Source: an uncultured delta proteobacterium (lineage in GTDB: Bacteria; Desulfobacterota; Desulfuromonadia; Desulfuromonadales; JACZKF01). Taken from it: 64,000 bases of DNA. Below the pieces are notes generated by a model. It was not told the origin of the DNA. It was given only the letters and a program-made list of their open reading frames with translations, and did no database searches. The translations under genes and the position numbers were made by a program. Positions 52,978 to 61,144 of the stretch are shown here, in pieces (position 1 is the first letter of the stretch; every line of letters begins with the position of its first letter). The stretch lies in assembly GCA_963816395.1 (NCBI GenBank), contig CAWFKQ010000002.1:45144-109143 (forward strand), in the 5' to 3' direction.

Positions 52978-53089
52978 AGCTTTTATCAGCTATAATCCGG
53001 CTGATTCTGTCAAAAACTGCTTCCAATTGATGTAAAACTTCATCATTGGTAAAACGAATGACTGTTAATCCGGCGCTTTCAAGATACCA
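52976..53089 (-). pseudogene. C-terminal remnant of a DUF559 (Vsr-like) endonuclease
   Basis: YLESAGLTVIRFTNDEVLHQLEAVFDRI resembles the family C-terminus (L...G..VlRF.N.eV....eaV); N-terminal part absent. Confidence 0.7.
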
Positions 53090-53198
53090 GCAGCCATTTC
53101 CCCTGCACCTGCCCCTTTGCGAAAAGTTCACCCATGGCTTTGCGCAGGAGATTCTGATCTTCCACAAACAGCAATGTCAGATGCTTCAGTATGTTCAT
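53079..53198 (-). pseudogene. Truncated response-regulator receiver N-terminus (39 aa)
   Basis: MNILKHLTLLFVEDQNLLRKAMGELF = REC beta1-alpha1, then a stop at the junction with the DUF559 remnant. Confidence 0.6.
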
Positions 53199-53230
53199 AA
53201 CCACTTCCGCGTCTGCGATGGCGATCCCGT

Positions 53231-53322
53231 AAACAAAAACGCCCATCCGCGCACTGGTCGAAGATGGACGTCACTGGATAAAATCCGGCGTCCATCTACC
53301 CTTACTGCCGAAGACGGACGCC
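53231..53322 (-). terminator. Riboswitch expression platform: relay hairpin plus intrinsic terminator
   Basis: GGCGTCCGTCT/AGATGGACGCC hairpin, then GACGTCCATCT/GGATGGGCGTT followed by TTTGTTT. Confidence 0.75.
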
Positions 53323-53331
53323 CGTGGTTCC

Positions 53332-53433
53332 GTCTCTTCGACAACCCGGCTATCCTTGCTGCGACCGAAGCCGCAACCGAGGACCCGCAGCTTTGCGTCA
53401 CCGGATTTCTCCGGTTTTGCCCTGATCCGAGAC
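53332..53433 (-). ncRNA. c-di-GMP-I (GEMM-I) family riboswitch aptamer
   Basis: AGGGCAAAACCGGA-GAAA-TCCGGTGACGCAAAGCTGCGGGTCC...GGATAGCCGGGTTGTCGAA; closing GTCTC/GAGAC. Confidence 0.9.
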
Positions 53434-53646
53434 TTGCGTATTTATGATGGCCCCGATAAGCCAGGCCCTGCTACTTAAGTTTAAAAATAGTAAAACTTTG
53501 GTCCACTTTAAACCGATTACTGTTTTTATGTCAAGCAATTGAATTGCTGATGGAAATCCTTTTAAACGGCTTGGGCAGGGGAGAGGTGGAATGGGGAGAG
53601 GGAATTTGAAAGCTCCCCTCTTTTGATGGAAATCCGAGGGGGTAAT

Positions 53647-53692
53647 GCCTTGCCCCCCTTGTGAAACAGGGGGGCCGAAGGGCGGGGGGGGA
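53647..53692 (-). repeat. Half copy of the four-hairpin repeat
   Basis: ccttgccccccttgtgaaacaggggggccgaagggcgggggggg. Confidence 0.8.
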
Positions 53693-53701
53693 GAGCCCAA
53701 T

Positions 53702-53730
53702 AAAAAACCCCGCCGGTTGCCCGGCGGGGT
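53702..53730 (-). terminator. Intrinsic terminator of the CoA-transferase gene
   Basis: ACCCCGCCGG-GCAA-CCGGCGGGGT followed by a T run. Confidence 0.9.
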
Positions 53731-53754
53731 CTGATGCCTGGTTCGAAGAACAAC

Positions 53755-55341
53755 TTACTCGCAGAGATCGATCTTGATGTCCCAGTTCTTGACCTTCATG
53801 GTGCCGTTGACCGCCAGGTTCTGCTGCATTTTGAAGCAGCGGTCGAACAACTGCGGCTCATGCCCGATCCCCTTGGCCAGGCACTCCTTGGAGGCCCGCT
53901 CCAGATAATCCCGGAGAATCGGCTTGTAATCGGGGTGGGCGCACTTCTCGATGATCAGCTTGGCGCGATCCTTCGGCGCCATGCCGCGCAGGTCGGCCAG
54001 GCCCTGCTCGGTGACCACGCAGTCGAGGTCGTGCTCGGTGTGGTCGATGTGCGGGGCTTTCGGCACGACGCAGGTGATGCCGTTCGGATCGGTTTTGGAC
54101 GGCCGGGTCGAAGGCGTGTGCATCATTTTCAGGAAGCCGTTGCGCAGGAAGTCGCCGGAGCCGCCGAGGCCATTGATCATGCGGGTGCCGCCGACCAGGG
54201 TCGAGTTGGCGTGGGCGTACATGTCGATTTCGACCGGGGTATTCATGGCGATGCACCCCAGGCGGCGGATCGGCTCGGGCGCGTTGGAGACGGACAGCGG
54301 GCGCAGAACAACCTTGCCGAAGTATTTGTCCCAATTATCGAAGAAGCGCGGGAAGCCCGGATCTTCGGAGAGGGACAGGGAGCAGGCCGAGGCGTAGTTC
54401 AGTTTGCCCGAGTCAAACAGGTCGAGCATGGTGTCCTGCAGAACCTCGGTGTATACCGTCAGGTTGGAGAAGGGACCCTTGGCCAGGCCGCCGACGACGG
54501 CATTGGCGATGGAACCGACGCCCGACTGCAGTGGCAGGAGGTTTTCCGGCAGCCGGCCGCGCTTCACTTCGTTACCCAGGAAGTCCATGATGTGCCCGGC
54601 GATTGCCTCGGAGGTATCGTCCATTTCGGTGAAGGCGCGACCCTTGTCGCGGCGCTTCGACTCGACGATGGCGATGATCTTGTCCGGATCGCAGGGCACA
54701 TAGGGGGAGCCGATGCGCTGCTCGGCCGAGGTGATGAGGAAGGGCTGCCGGTGCGGCGGCTTCTGCTGCATGATGATGTCGTGGATCCCCTCGAAGGAGG
54801 GCTGTCCGGTGTTGACCTCGATGATGATCTTGTCGGCAATCATCATCAGTTCGGGAACAATGCCGCAGGAGGTGGTCAGGGCCAGGCCGCAGTCCTCGGT
54901 GATGGCCGAGACTTCGATGATGGCAATGTCCATCCGGCCGCTTTCGGTATAGAAGCCATAGCCGACGTCCTGGGCGAAAAGGCCGAGGTGTTTATCGCCC
55001 ATGCGGATGCGGCCTTCATTGATCCCCTTGGCGATATTTTTGCCGGTCTGGTACGGCCAGCGGCGGTCGATCATGTCGAGGGTCGCCCAGCGATCCTCTG
55101 TTTCCGCGCCGACGGAAGCACCGATGAACAGGTTGAATTTCCATTTGCCCTGCAGATTGTTCTGCTCGACATGGTTGGCCAGGGCGATAGGCACCTCTTT
55201 GGGGTAACCCGCGGGGGTGAAGCCGGACCAGCCCAGGTTCATTCCCGGCTTGAAGAACCGGACGGTATCTTCAGCTCTCATGACCTTGCTGAGCAAGGAC
55301 TTGCGACGTACGCGACTTTCCAGTGTTCCGTACTCGGACAT
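53755..55341 (-). CDS. Succinyl-CoA:acetate CoA-transferase (acetyl-CoA hydrolase/transferase family)
   Basis: SGFTPAGYPK, PLQSGVGSIANAV, YTEVLQD, HANST..GGTRMINGLGGSGDF, VTEQGLADLRG. Confidence 0.93.
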   Translation of the reverse strand: MSEYGTLESRVRRKSLLSKVMRAEDTVRFFKPGMNLGWSGFTPAGYPKEVPIALANHVEQNNLQGKWKFNLFIGASVGAETEDRWATLDMIDRRWPYQTGKNIAKGINEGRIRMGDKHLGLFAQDVGYGFYTESGRMDIAIIEVSAITEDCGLALTTSCGIVPELMMIADKIIIEVNTGQPSFEGIHDIIMQQKPPHRQPFLITSAEQRIGSPYVPCDPDKIIAIVESKRRDKGRAFTEMDDTSEAIAGHIMDFLGNEVKRGRLPENLLPLQSGVGSIANAVVGGLAKGPFSNLTVYTEVLQDTMLDLFDSGKLNYASACSLSLSEDPGFPRFFDNWDKYFGKVVLRPLSVSNAPEPIRRLGCIAMNTPVEIDMYAHANSTLVGGTRMINGLGGSGDFLRNGFLKMMHTPSTRPSKTDPNGITCVVPKAPHIDHTEHDLDCVVTEQGLADLRGMAPKDRAKLIIEKCAHPDYKPILRDYLERASKECLAKGIGHEPQLFDRCFKMQQNLAVNGTMKVKNWDIKIDLCE

Positions 55342-55540
55342 CTCTCTCTCCTCCTCGTGAAGTTATCGGTAACCAGTGGTTACGCCCCGAAAAAGTTGGT
55401 TCCAGATTAAAACGCTGTCGAAAAATAAACAATTACCCTATGGGGCTGGGAAACAGCCTCATATCGGCGGTATTGCAGAGTCGCTTGCGGGGAACGGGAT
55501 GTCTGGGATCAATGCCGGCTGCCACTGCATATAATGAGGT

Positions 55541-55584
55541 TATAGACAGTTCATGTTTATATAATGGGGTCAACGGCAAGTCAA
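55541..55584 (-). promoter_or_regulatory. Putative sigma-70 promoter with an overlapping palindromic operator
   Basis: TTGACT-17-TATAAA; TATAGACA-N5-TGTTTATA at 55541-55561. Confidence 0.45.
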
Positions 55585-55710
55585 GAAAAAAGATGTCGCG
55601 CATCGTTGTAAATCAGCAGGAAGAAACGGAAAAGCCCGCCCTGGAAGGGGGCGGGCGGGCGATGCTGCAAGCAGCTGCCAAGCAGCCTGTAGATCGGGGC
55701 ACTGTCCGGT

Positions 55711-56454
55711 TCAGGAGGCCTTGGACAGGATCTTCTGAGCGGGAGCGATGAATTCGCTTTGGGGGAATTCCCGGTTGAGGGTTTCGAAGGCCGCCGCTGC
55801 ATCCTTTTTGTGGCCGGTTTTGAGGTAGGCCTGGCCGAGCAGAAAATAGACCTCATCCCGCCCGGGGTAATCGGGATAGGCGGGGAGAAAAGCCTTTAAA
55901 CGGCTAATTGCCGCCTCCGGATGATGGTAACGCAGATAAAAACGGCCGATATAAACCTCATGGGCTGCCAACAGGTTCCGGCATTCTTCAATAAGAGGCT
56001 TGACTTCCTGCCGGCGCGAATCTTCCGGATAGCGCTCGAGCAGATTCTGAAAAGTGGTGAAGGCATTGCGGGTGGGGGTCTGGTCCCGGTCGATGCTCAA
56101 CATCTGTTTGTAATAGGACATCCCCAACAAGTAGAGAATCTCCGGCGTATGCTCATTGCCCGGGTGCTGTTTGAGGAAATCCTCCAGGGCCGCCGCCGCT
56201 TCGACGTAATGCTCGGCACGGAAATGGGCTTCGGCAATCTTCTGCTCGGCCAAAATGCTCAATTCCGGTGAGTAATAGGTTTCCCGCGCCTTCTCCCAGG
56301 AAGCGATCGCCTCATCGTAGAGACCCTTGTCGAAATTGGTCTCCCCCTCCTGGAAATAGGTTGCGGCGTCCTTGGTGGCGGGTTTGCTGGTAAAGCTGCA
56401 GGCGGTGGCGGCCAGAAGCAGGGCGGCCGCAAAGAACAGGTCTCTCTTGCGCAT
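55711..56454 (-). CDS. bamD: Outer membrane protein assembly factor BamD
   Basis: Lipobox ATAC; TPRs; DRDQT, LAAHEVYIGRFY. Confidence 0.9.
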   Translation of the reverse strand: MRKRDLFFAAALLLAATACSFTSKPATKDAATYFQEGETNFDKGLYDEAIASWEKARETYYSPELSILAEQKIAEAHFRAEHYVEAAAALEDFLKQHPGNEHTPEILYLLGMSYYKQMLSIDRDQTPTRNAFTTFQNLLERYPEDSRRQEVKPLIEECRNLLAAHEVYIGRFYLRYHHPEAAISRLKAFLPAYPDYPGRDEVYFLLGQAYLKTGHKKDAAAAFETLNREFPQSEFIAPAQKILSKAS

Positions 56455-56535
56455 ATGCCTTCTTTCCCTCGAAGTTTTCCTGAAGTTACGGGATGCGCAG
56501 GAAATTGTCAATCGCTCTGTTTCCGGACCGTCGGT

Positions 56536-57384
56536 TCAGGCCGCGGGAACCGGTAGAAGGGTGCCGCGCATCTTCTCCAGGGCGCTTTTTTCAAGTTGCC
56601 GAACGCGCTCCCGGGTGATGCCGAAATCATCGGCCAGATCCTGCAGGGTGCGCGGTTGGTCGGCAAAGATGCGATCCCGAATAATGCGCCGCTCGCGGTC
56701 GTTGAGCCGGCTGAGTGCTGTTCGCACGCGTTCGGAGAGGTGCACTTCCGCTTCCGTCTGCAGCAGCAGCTCTTCCTGGTTCTGCCGCTCGTCGGGCAGG
56801 GTGTCCAGCAGACTGTAGCCCTCCCCCTCGGTGATTTCGACATCGAGAGAGGTGTCCCTGGAAGCCATGCGCAGGGCCATTTCCTCCACCTCCACCTCGC
56901 GCACCGCCAAGGTCCGGGCGATCTCTTCCGCATCCTCGCTGCCGGTCAGGCGCAGGACAGTGCTGCGCGCCTGGGTGAGTTTGTAAAAGAGTTTTCTCTG
57001 CGCCTGGGTGGTGCCGATCTTGACCAGTGACCAACTGCGAATGATGAAGTTCTGAATATAGGCCCGGATCCACCAGACGGCATAGGAAATCAGGCGAATG
57101 CCCTTTTGCGGGTCGAATTTTTTCACCGCCAGCATCAGGCCGATATTTCCCTCCTGGATCAGATCGAGAATTTTCATCCCGTAGGCCCGGTACTCGTTGG
57201 CGATCTTCACCACAAACCGCAGATTGGCGCAGATCAGCCGGTGTGCTGCTTCCAGATTGCCGTCCTGCCGATAGAGACGGGCCAGTTCGAACTCTTCCTC
57301 ACGGGTGAGCAGGGCAAAGCGGTTGATTTCCTTCATATAGTGACCAAAGGTATCGCTGACTACCGGCAAAAGGCCTGCGTCCAT
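56536..57384 (-). CDS. rpoH: RNA polymerase sigma-32 family factor
   Basis: NLRFVVKIA, DLIQEGNIGL, SYAVWWIRAYI, RpoH box TTQAQRKLFYKL, TRERVRQLE. Confidence 0.93.
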   Translation of the reverse strand: MDAGLLPVVSDTFGHYMKEINRFALLTREEEFELARLYRQDGNLEAAHRLICANLRFVVKIANEYRAYGMKILDLIQEGNIGLMLAVKKFDPQKGIRLISYAVWWIRAYIQNFIIRSWSLVKIGTTQAQRKLFYKLTQARSTVLRLTGSEDAEEIARTLAVREVEVEEMALRMASRDTSLDVEITEGEGYSLLDTLPDERQNQEELLLQTEAEVHLSERVRTALSRLNDRERRIIRDRIFADQPRTLQDLADDFGITRERVRQLEKSALEKMRGTLLPVPAA

Positions 57385-57419
57385 CTTCTTTCTCCTGAAA
57401 ATTTAAGAATATCGAGATT

Positions 57420-57446
57420 ATAGCACTCTCCATGGAAGAGTGCCAA
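57420..57446. promoter_or_regulatory. CIRCE element (HrcA operator) upstream of rpoH
   Basis: ATAGCACTC-N9-GAGTGCCAA versus consensus TTAGCACTC-N9-GAGTGCTAA. Confidence 0.9.
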
Positions 57447-57588
57447 TATTTTTTAGCAAACTTTTCCATCCTCTGCAAGAGGTTAGGTGCAGCAAAAAAA
57501 CTTGCTATCGAGACCGACGCCCTGTAAATATCAAGTCTAATGGTTTGCCCAAGTCCGGTCCACCCGCCCTCCTGCCCTGCGGAATCTT

Positions 57589-57960
57589 ATGCAATTGCTC
57601 TACATCGGCCTGTTCGGCGCCATGGGATGCCTGGTGCGCTATTTCGTATCCGGCTGGACCTACTCTTTTTTCGGCAGAAGCCTGCCATGGGGGACGCTGG
57701 CAGTCAACCTCGCCGGTTCTTTCCTGCTCGGCCTGATCATGGAGGGAAGCCTGCGCAGCACGCTGCTCCCGGCGGAGGTGCGCATGGGCTTGACGGTCGG
57801 CTTCATGGGTGGTTTCACTACCTTCTCCACCTTCTCCTATGAAACCTTTCGCTTGCTTGAGGAAGGAAGTTACCTGGGGGCCAGTGCCAACGTCCTGCTC
57901 AATGTCGTCGTGTGCATAGCATTTGCCGCTCTGGGTATAATGGTGGCACGCCAGATCTGA
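57589..57960 (+). CDS. crcB: Fluoride channel Fluc/CrcB
   Basis: PWGTLAVNLAGSF, GFMGGFTTFSTF. Confidence 0.96.
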   Translation: MQLLYIGLFGAMGCLVRYFVSGWTYSFFGRSLPWGTLAVNLAGSFLLGLIMEGSLRSTLLPAEVRMGLTVGFMGGFTTFSTFSYETFRLLEEGSYLGASANVLLNVVVCIAFAALGIMVARQI

Positions 57961-57965
57961 CAGAC

Positions 57966-58032
57966 AAGTGAGGTCATGAGGTCGTAAGTAGTGGAGAAAA
58001 TAACTACCTCACTACTCGCTACTTACTCCTCG
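57966..58032. repeat. Degenerate heptamer-based inverted repeat (GAGTAG/CTACTC type)
   Basis: gtgaggtcatgaggtcgtaagtagt ... ctacctcactactcgctacttactcctcg. Confidence 0.55.
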
Positions 58033-58053
58033 CAGATTATGGGAGATATCAGA

Positions 58054-58392
58054 GTGAAAAAGCTGGAAGGGGAACAGACCCTGATGCGGATCTTCATCGG
58101 CGAGAGCGACCGCTGGCAGAAGAAGCCGCTTTACGAGTCGCTGGTCGAACTGTTCCGGCGGGAAGGTTTTGCCGGCGCCACGGTCCTCAAGGGTGCCATG
58201 GGCTTTGGTGCCCGCAGCATTACCCATACCGATAAACTGCTGCGCCTTTCCGCCGACCTGCCGGTCGTCATCGAGGTGGTCGAAAGTCAGGAGAAGATCG
58301 AGGCGGTGCTGCCGAAACTGGATGCCATGCTCGGGGGCGGGATGGTAACCCTGGAGAAGGCGCGGGTAATCCGCTACCAGGGACAGGAATAA
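58054..58392 (+). CDS. DUF190 PII-like protein
   Basis: RIFIGESD, GFAGATVLKG..GFG, LSADLPVVIEVV; usual crcB neighbour. Confidence 0.9.
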   Translation: MKKLEGEQTLMRIFIGESDRWQKKPLYESLVELFRREGFAGATVLKGAMGFGARSITHTDKLLRLSADLPVVIEVVESQEKIEAVLPKLDAMLGGGMVTLEKARVIRYQGQE

Positions 58393-58400
58393 CAGGAGAA

Positions 58401-58859
58401 ATGATGTTCGAGCGTCTGAAATCGATACTTGCTTCCCCCCCGGCGCAAACACCGGGCGCAGGGAAGGAACGCCTGCAGGTGGCAACCGCTGCTCTGCTCC
58501 TGGAGATGGCGCACGCCGATGAGGAATTCCAGCCGGTTGAGGGGATGCTTATCCGCGACCTGCTGCAGCAGAGATTCGACCTGTCGCCGGAAGCGGCGGC
58601 GGAACTGATGCAGTTTGCCCAGCAGGAGCGTGAGTCCACCTTTGACCTGTTCGGTTTTGCCCGGGAAATCAACCACTCGTTCAGCCGTGAGGAAAAGCTG
58701 GAGATCATGGAAGGGCTGTGGCGGATCATTTATGCCGATGGCGTCCTGGACAAGTACGAGGATTATCTTGTGCGCAAGCTTGCCACTCTGCTGCGCCTGT
58801 CGCACAAGGAGATGATCGACATGAAATTGAAAGTTCTGAATGAAGAAAGCCCCGAATGA
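58401..58859 (+). CDS. TerB family protein
   Basis: ATAALLLEMAHADEEF...E, LWRIIYADGVLDKYE. Confidence 0.85.
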   Translation: MMFERLKSILASPPAQTPGAGKERLQVATAALLLEMAHADEEFQPVEGMLIRDLLQQRFDLSPEAAAELMQFAQQERESTFDLFGFAREINHSFSREEKLEIMEGLWRIIYADGVLDKYEDYLVRKLATLLRLSHKEMIDMKLKVLNEESPE

Positions 58860-59481
58860 CGGTGGTTCCGCCGGGGTCAGGCGGTCATTGACCCGGATGG
58901 TTGCCTGGTCGCAGCATCTGCTGGCGGAGGTGCTGGCGCCGGGCGATCTGGTGGTCGACCTGACCGCCGGCCAGGGTCGGGACAGCCTTTTTCTCTTTCA
59001 ACGGATCGGTGCCGCCGGCCGTCTCCTGGCTTTCGACATCCAGGAGAAATCGCTGGAGGAAACTTGCCGGCTGCTGACCGCTGCCGGCGCTTCGGTCCAC
59101 CTGCTGCAAGGGCCGTCGACCGCCCCCTTGCCGGCCGGCGTCTACCTGGTGCATGCCAGCCATGCGCAACTTGCGGATTACCTGCAGGAGGCCCCGAAGG
59201 GGGTGATTGCCAATCTCGGTTATCTTCCCGGCGGCGAAACCGGGCTGACTACTTCGCCAGCCTCCACACTGCAGGCTTTGAATCAGGCCTGCCATTTACT
59301 GGCACCTGGCGGCCGCCTGGCAGTTACCGCGTATGTCGGCCATGCCGGGGGAGAAACGGAAGGAGAGGTGGTCCGTACCCTTTTCCGTGGGCTGTCGCCG
59401 GCCGCCTGGCAGGTGCTGCAGCTGGAAGTCCCCAACCGCCGAGCCAGTCCCTTCCTGCTCCTCGCGGAACGGCGCGGCTGA
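58840..59481 (+). CDS. Class I SAM-dependent methyltransferase (YtqB/MnmM-like)
   Basis: VDLTAGQGRDS, AFDIQ, NLGYLPGG, YVGHAGGETE; start uncertain. Confidence 0.8.
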   Translation: MKKAPNDGGSAGVRRSLTRMVAWSQHLLAEVLAPGDLVVDLTAGQGRDSLFLFQRIGAAGRLLAFDIQEKSLEETCRLLTAAGASVHLLQGPSTAPLPAGVYLVHASHAQLADYLQEAPKGVIANLGYLPGGETGLTTSPASTLQALNQACHLLAPGGRLAVTAYVGHAGGETEGEVVRTLFRGLSPAAWQVLQLEVPNRRASPFLLLAERRG

Positions 59482-59486
59482 AGGTT

Positions 59487-59523
59487 TCACCTATCTCCCT
59501 ATCTCCCTATCTCCCTATCTCAC
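59487..59523. repeat. Octamer tandem repeat (CCCTATCT)x4
   Basis: tcacctatctccctatctccctatctccctatctcac between convergent genes. Confidence 0.85.
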
Positions 59524-59958
59524 AGGCCTTCCGCGCCAGGAGCGGATCGCCAGCAGAATCGATAACGCCGCCAGGCAGAAGCCCAGGGCCAGGTTCATCC
59601 GCAGCACCGGCCGGGGATGATTGACCCGATCTTCCAGCACCGCCAGGCGGGCTTCGAGTTCGGCTATCCGGGCGTACAATTCCTGGGGTGTCAGTCCCGT
59701 TTCCCCTTTCGGCAGCAATGAATCCGTGCTTTCCCGGAGAACTGGAACCGATTGCGGGAAGATTGCCGGTCCGTCCGCCTCCGCCATCACGGGTCTCTCC
59801 TGGCTTGCTTCCTGATGCTTGATTCTGGCAATCCGTTGCTCGAAGACACGGATAGCCGCCGCATCGGAGGCAGCCGGCAGCGGCATGGGCAGGAGCATGC
59901 CACTGGCCAGGCCGGCAAGGAGGAGCCGCCCGAGGCGACCGGGTGAAAGCCAACGCAT
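59515..59958 (-). CDS. Hypothetical exported protein with coiled coil and C-terminal TM anchor
   Basis: Signal-like N-terminus, ARIAELEARLAVLE, hydrophobic C-terminus with basic tail. Confidence 0.5.
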   Translation of the reverse strand: MRWLSPGRLGRLLLAGLASGMLLPMPLPAASDAAAIRVFEQRIARIKHQEASQERPVMAEADGPAIFPQSVPVLRESTDSLLPKGETGLTPQELYARIAELEARLAVLEDRVNHPRPVLRMNLALGFCLAALSILLAIRSWRGRPVR

Positions 59959-60141
59959 GGGTCTGCCGGCGGTGGTCCGGAGTGAATGCAATAGACAGCG
60001 CATGCTCCAGATGATACCAGCCGTCTTTCATTATTCAAATTCTCAAATCTTATTCCAGATTCATGGGCTTTTCTTGACAGTTGATTTCGGGCTGTTAGTT
60101 TTATCTCTACTGGAAACCGAACCCGAAGGGAGGAACCGACC

Positions 60142-60435
60142 ATGGCCATGAAGATGCCCCAAGTCAGCGATTGTACGGTAACCGATTGTGCCTACAATAC
60201 CAGTCAGGTATGTCATGCTCTGGCGATCACCGTCGGCGAAGAACCCGATGAGCCGATCTGCGACACTTTTTTCGCCTCGAGCAATCACGGCGGGGTGAAA
60301 GATGTCACCGCCGGCGTCGGCGCCTGCAAGGCCGCCGACTGCCAGTTCAATCAGGAATTCGAATGCACCGCGGCCAACGTCAAGGTTGGCTACCAGGGAG
60401 ATCAACCTGACTGCCTGACCTTCGAGGCCCGCTAG
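60142..60435 (+). CDS. DUF1540-like Cys-rich protein (duplicated domain)
   Basis: CTVTDCAYN...CHA..I.V...CDTF repeated as CKAADCQFN...CTA..V.V...CLTF; GGAGG RBS. Confidence 0.85.
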   Translation: MAMKMPQVSDCTVTDCAYNTSQVCHALAITVGEEPDEPICDTFFASSNHGGVKDVTAGVGACKAADCQFNQEFECTAANVKVGYQGDQPDCLTFEAR

Positions 60436-60575
60436 TTTCTGTCCGGAAACGGCCCTTTTCCGCCATCTCTGCGTCAACCTGCGGCCTTGCTTGTGCGGCG
60501 TACTGACGTACGCCTCCGCGCAAGGCCTTGATTTCCTTGACCTTGCGAAAAATTGCTCGTTTCCGAATCAGAAAC
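60435..60575. mobile_element. MITE-like element (~141 bp) with terminal inverted repeats
   Basis: GTTTCTGTCCGGAAACG ... CGTTTCCGAATCAGAAAC; central GGCGTAC-TGAC-GTACGCC hairpin. Confidence 0.65.
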
Positions 60576-60809
60576 GCCCCAGTGTCCATCCGGACTTGTC
60601 CTTGGGGGGAGAATTATCCCTCTCCCCTTCTTCGGCCGCCGAGCCTGCCATAGGTGAGGCGGCCGGTCTTCATTTTTTGCATGCGGTACTACTCTGAATC
60701 TTGACAGTTGGTTGGCTTCTGTTAATTTTTTGTCAGGCGCGACCCTCGAATACCAGGCCGTTCCTCAGATCGCCCCTTGCAGTCGGTCAAATCCCCCAGG
60801 AGCAGCCGA

Positions 60810-61136
60810 ATGAACGATAAACAGCGCAAGATGATCTTCGAGCTTTTTACCGGGACGATCATTTCCCAGGAAATCATTATCCAGGCTCTGCACAAGAATG
60901 GGCTGGTCAAGAAGCGGGAAATCCTCGATCGCCTGGATTACTTTATCGATTATTTCGAGCGGAAAGGATCCGATCAGATTGCCGTGCCGATGCGTTATCT
61001 GCGTAAGAACCTGGGGAAAGAACTTCCGGAAACGCCGGCCCGCCCGAAAATCCCGCTGGCCAACGGTTACCCCAAGTGGTTCCAGGGTGTGATCGAGGGC
61101 GGCCAGGAGAGCAGCCGGCAGGAAGGCGGGGACTGA
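60810..61136 (+). CDS. Hypothetical protein
   Basis: AGGAG RBS and upstream TTGACA promoter; no family recognised. Confidence 0.65.
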   Translation: MNDKQRKMIFELFTGTIISQEIIIQALHKNGLVKKREILDRLDYFIDYFERKGSDQIAVPMRYLRKNLGKELPETPARPKIPLANGYPKWFQGVIEGGQESSRQEGGD

Positions 61137-61144
61137 CTCGACCT

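Noticed and set aside
50129..53035. ORFs containing PPRPSGTPPVSQGG-type peptides
   Set aside because: These are translations of the palindromic repeat, not credible genes
57450..57588. Fluoride riboswitch upstream of crcB
   Set aside because: No GATGG..TTC / TGATGAC..CT consensus found by eye; an Infernal search would settle it
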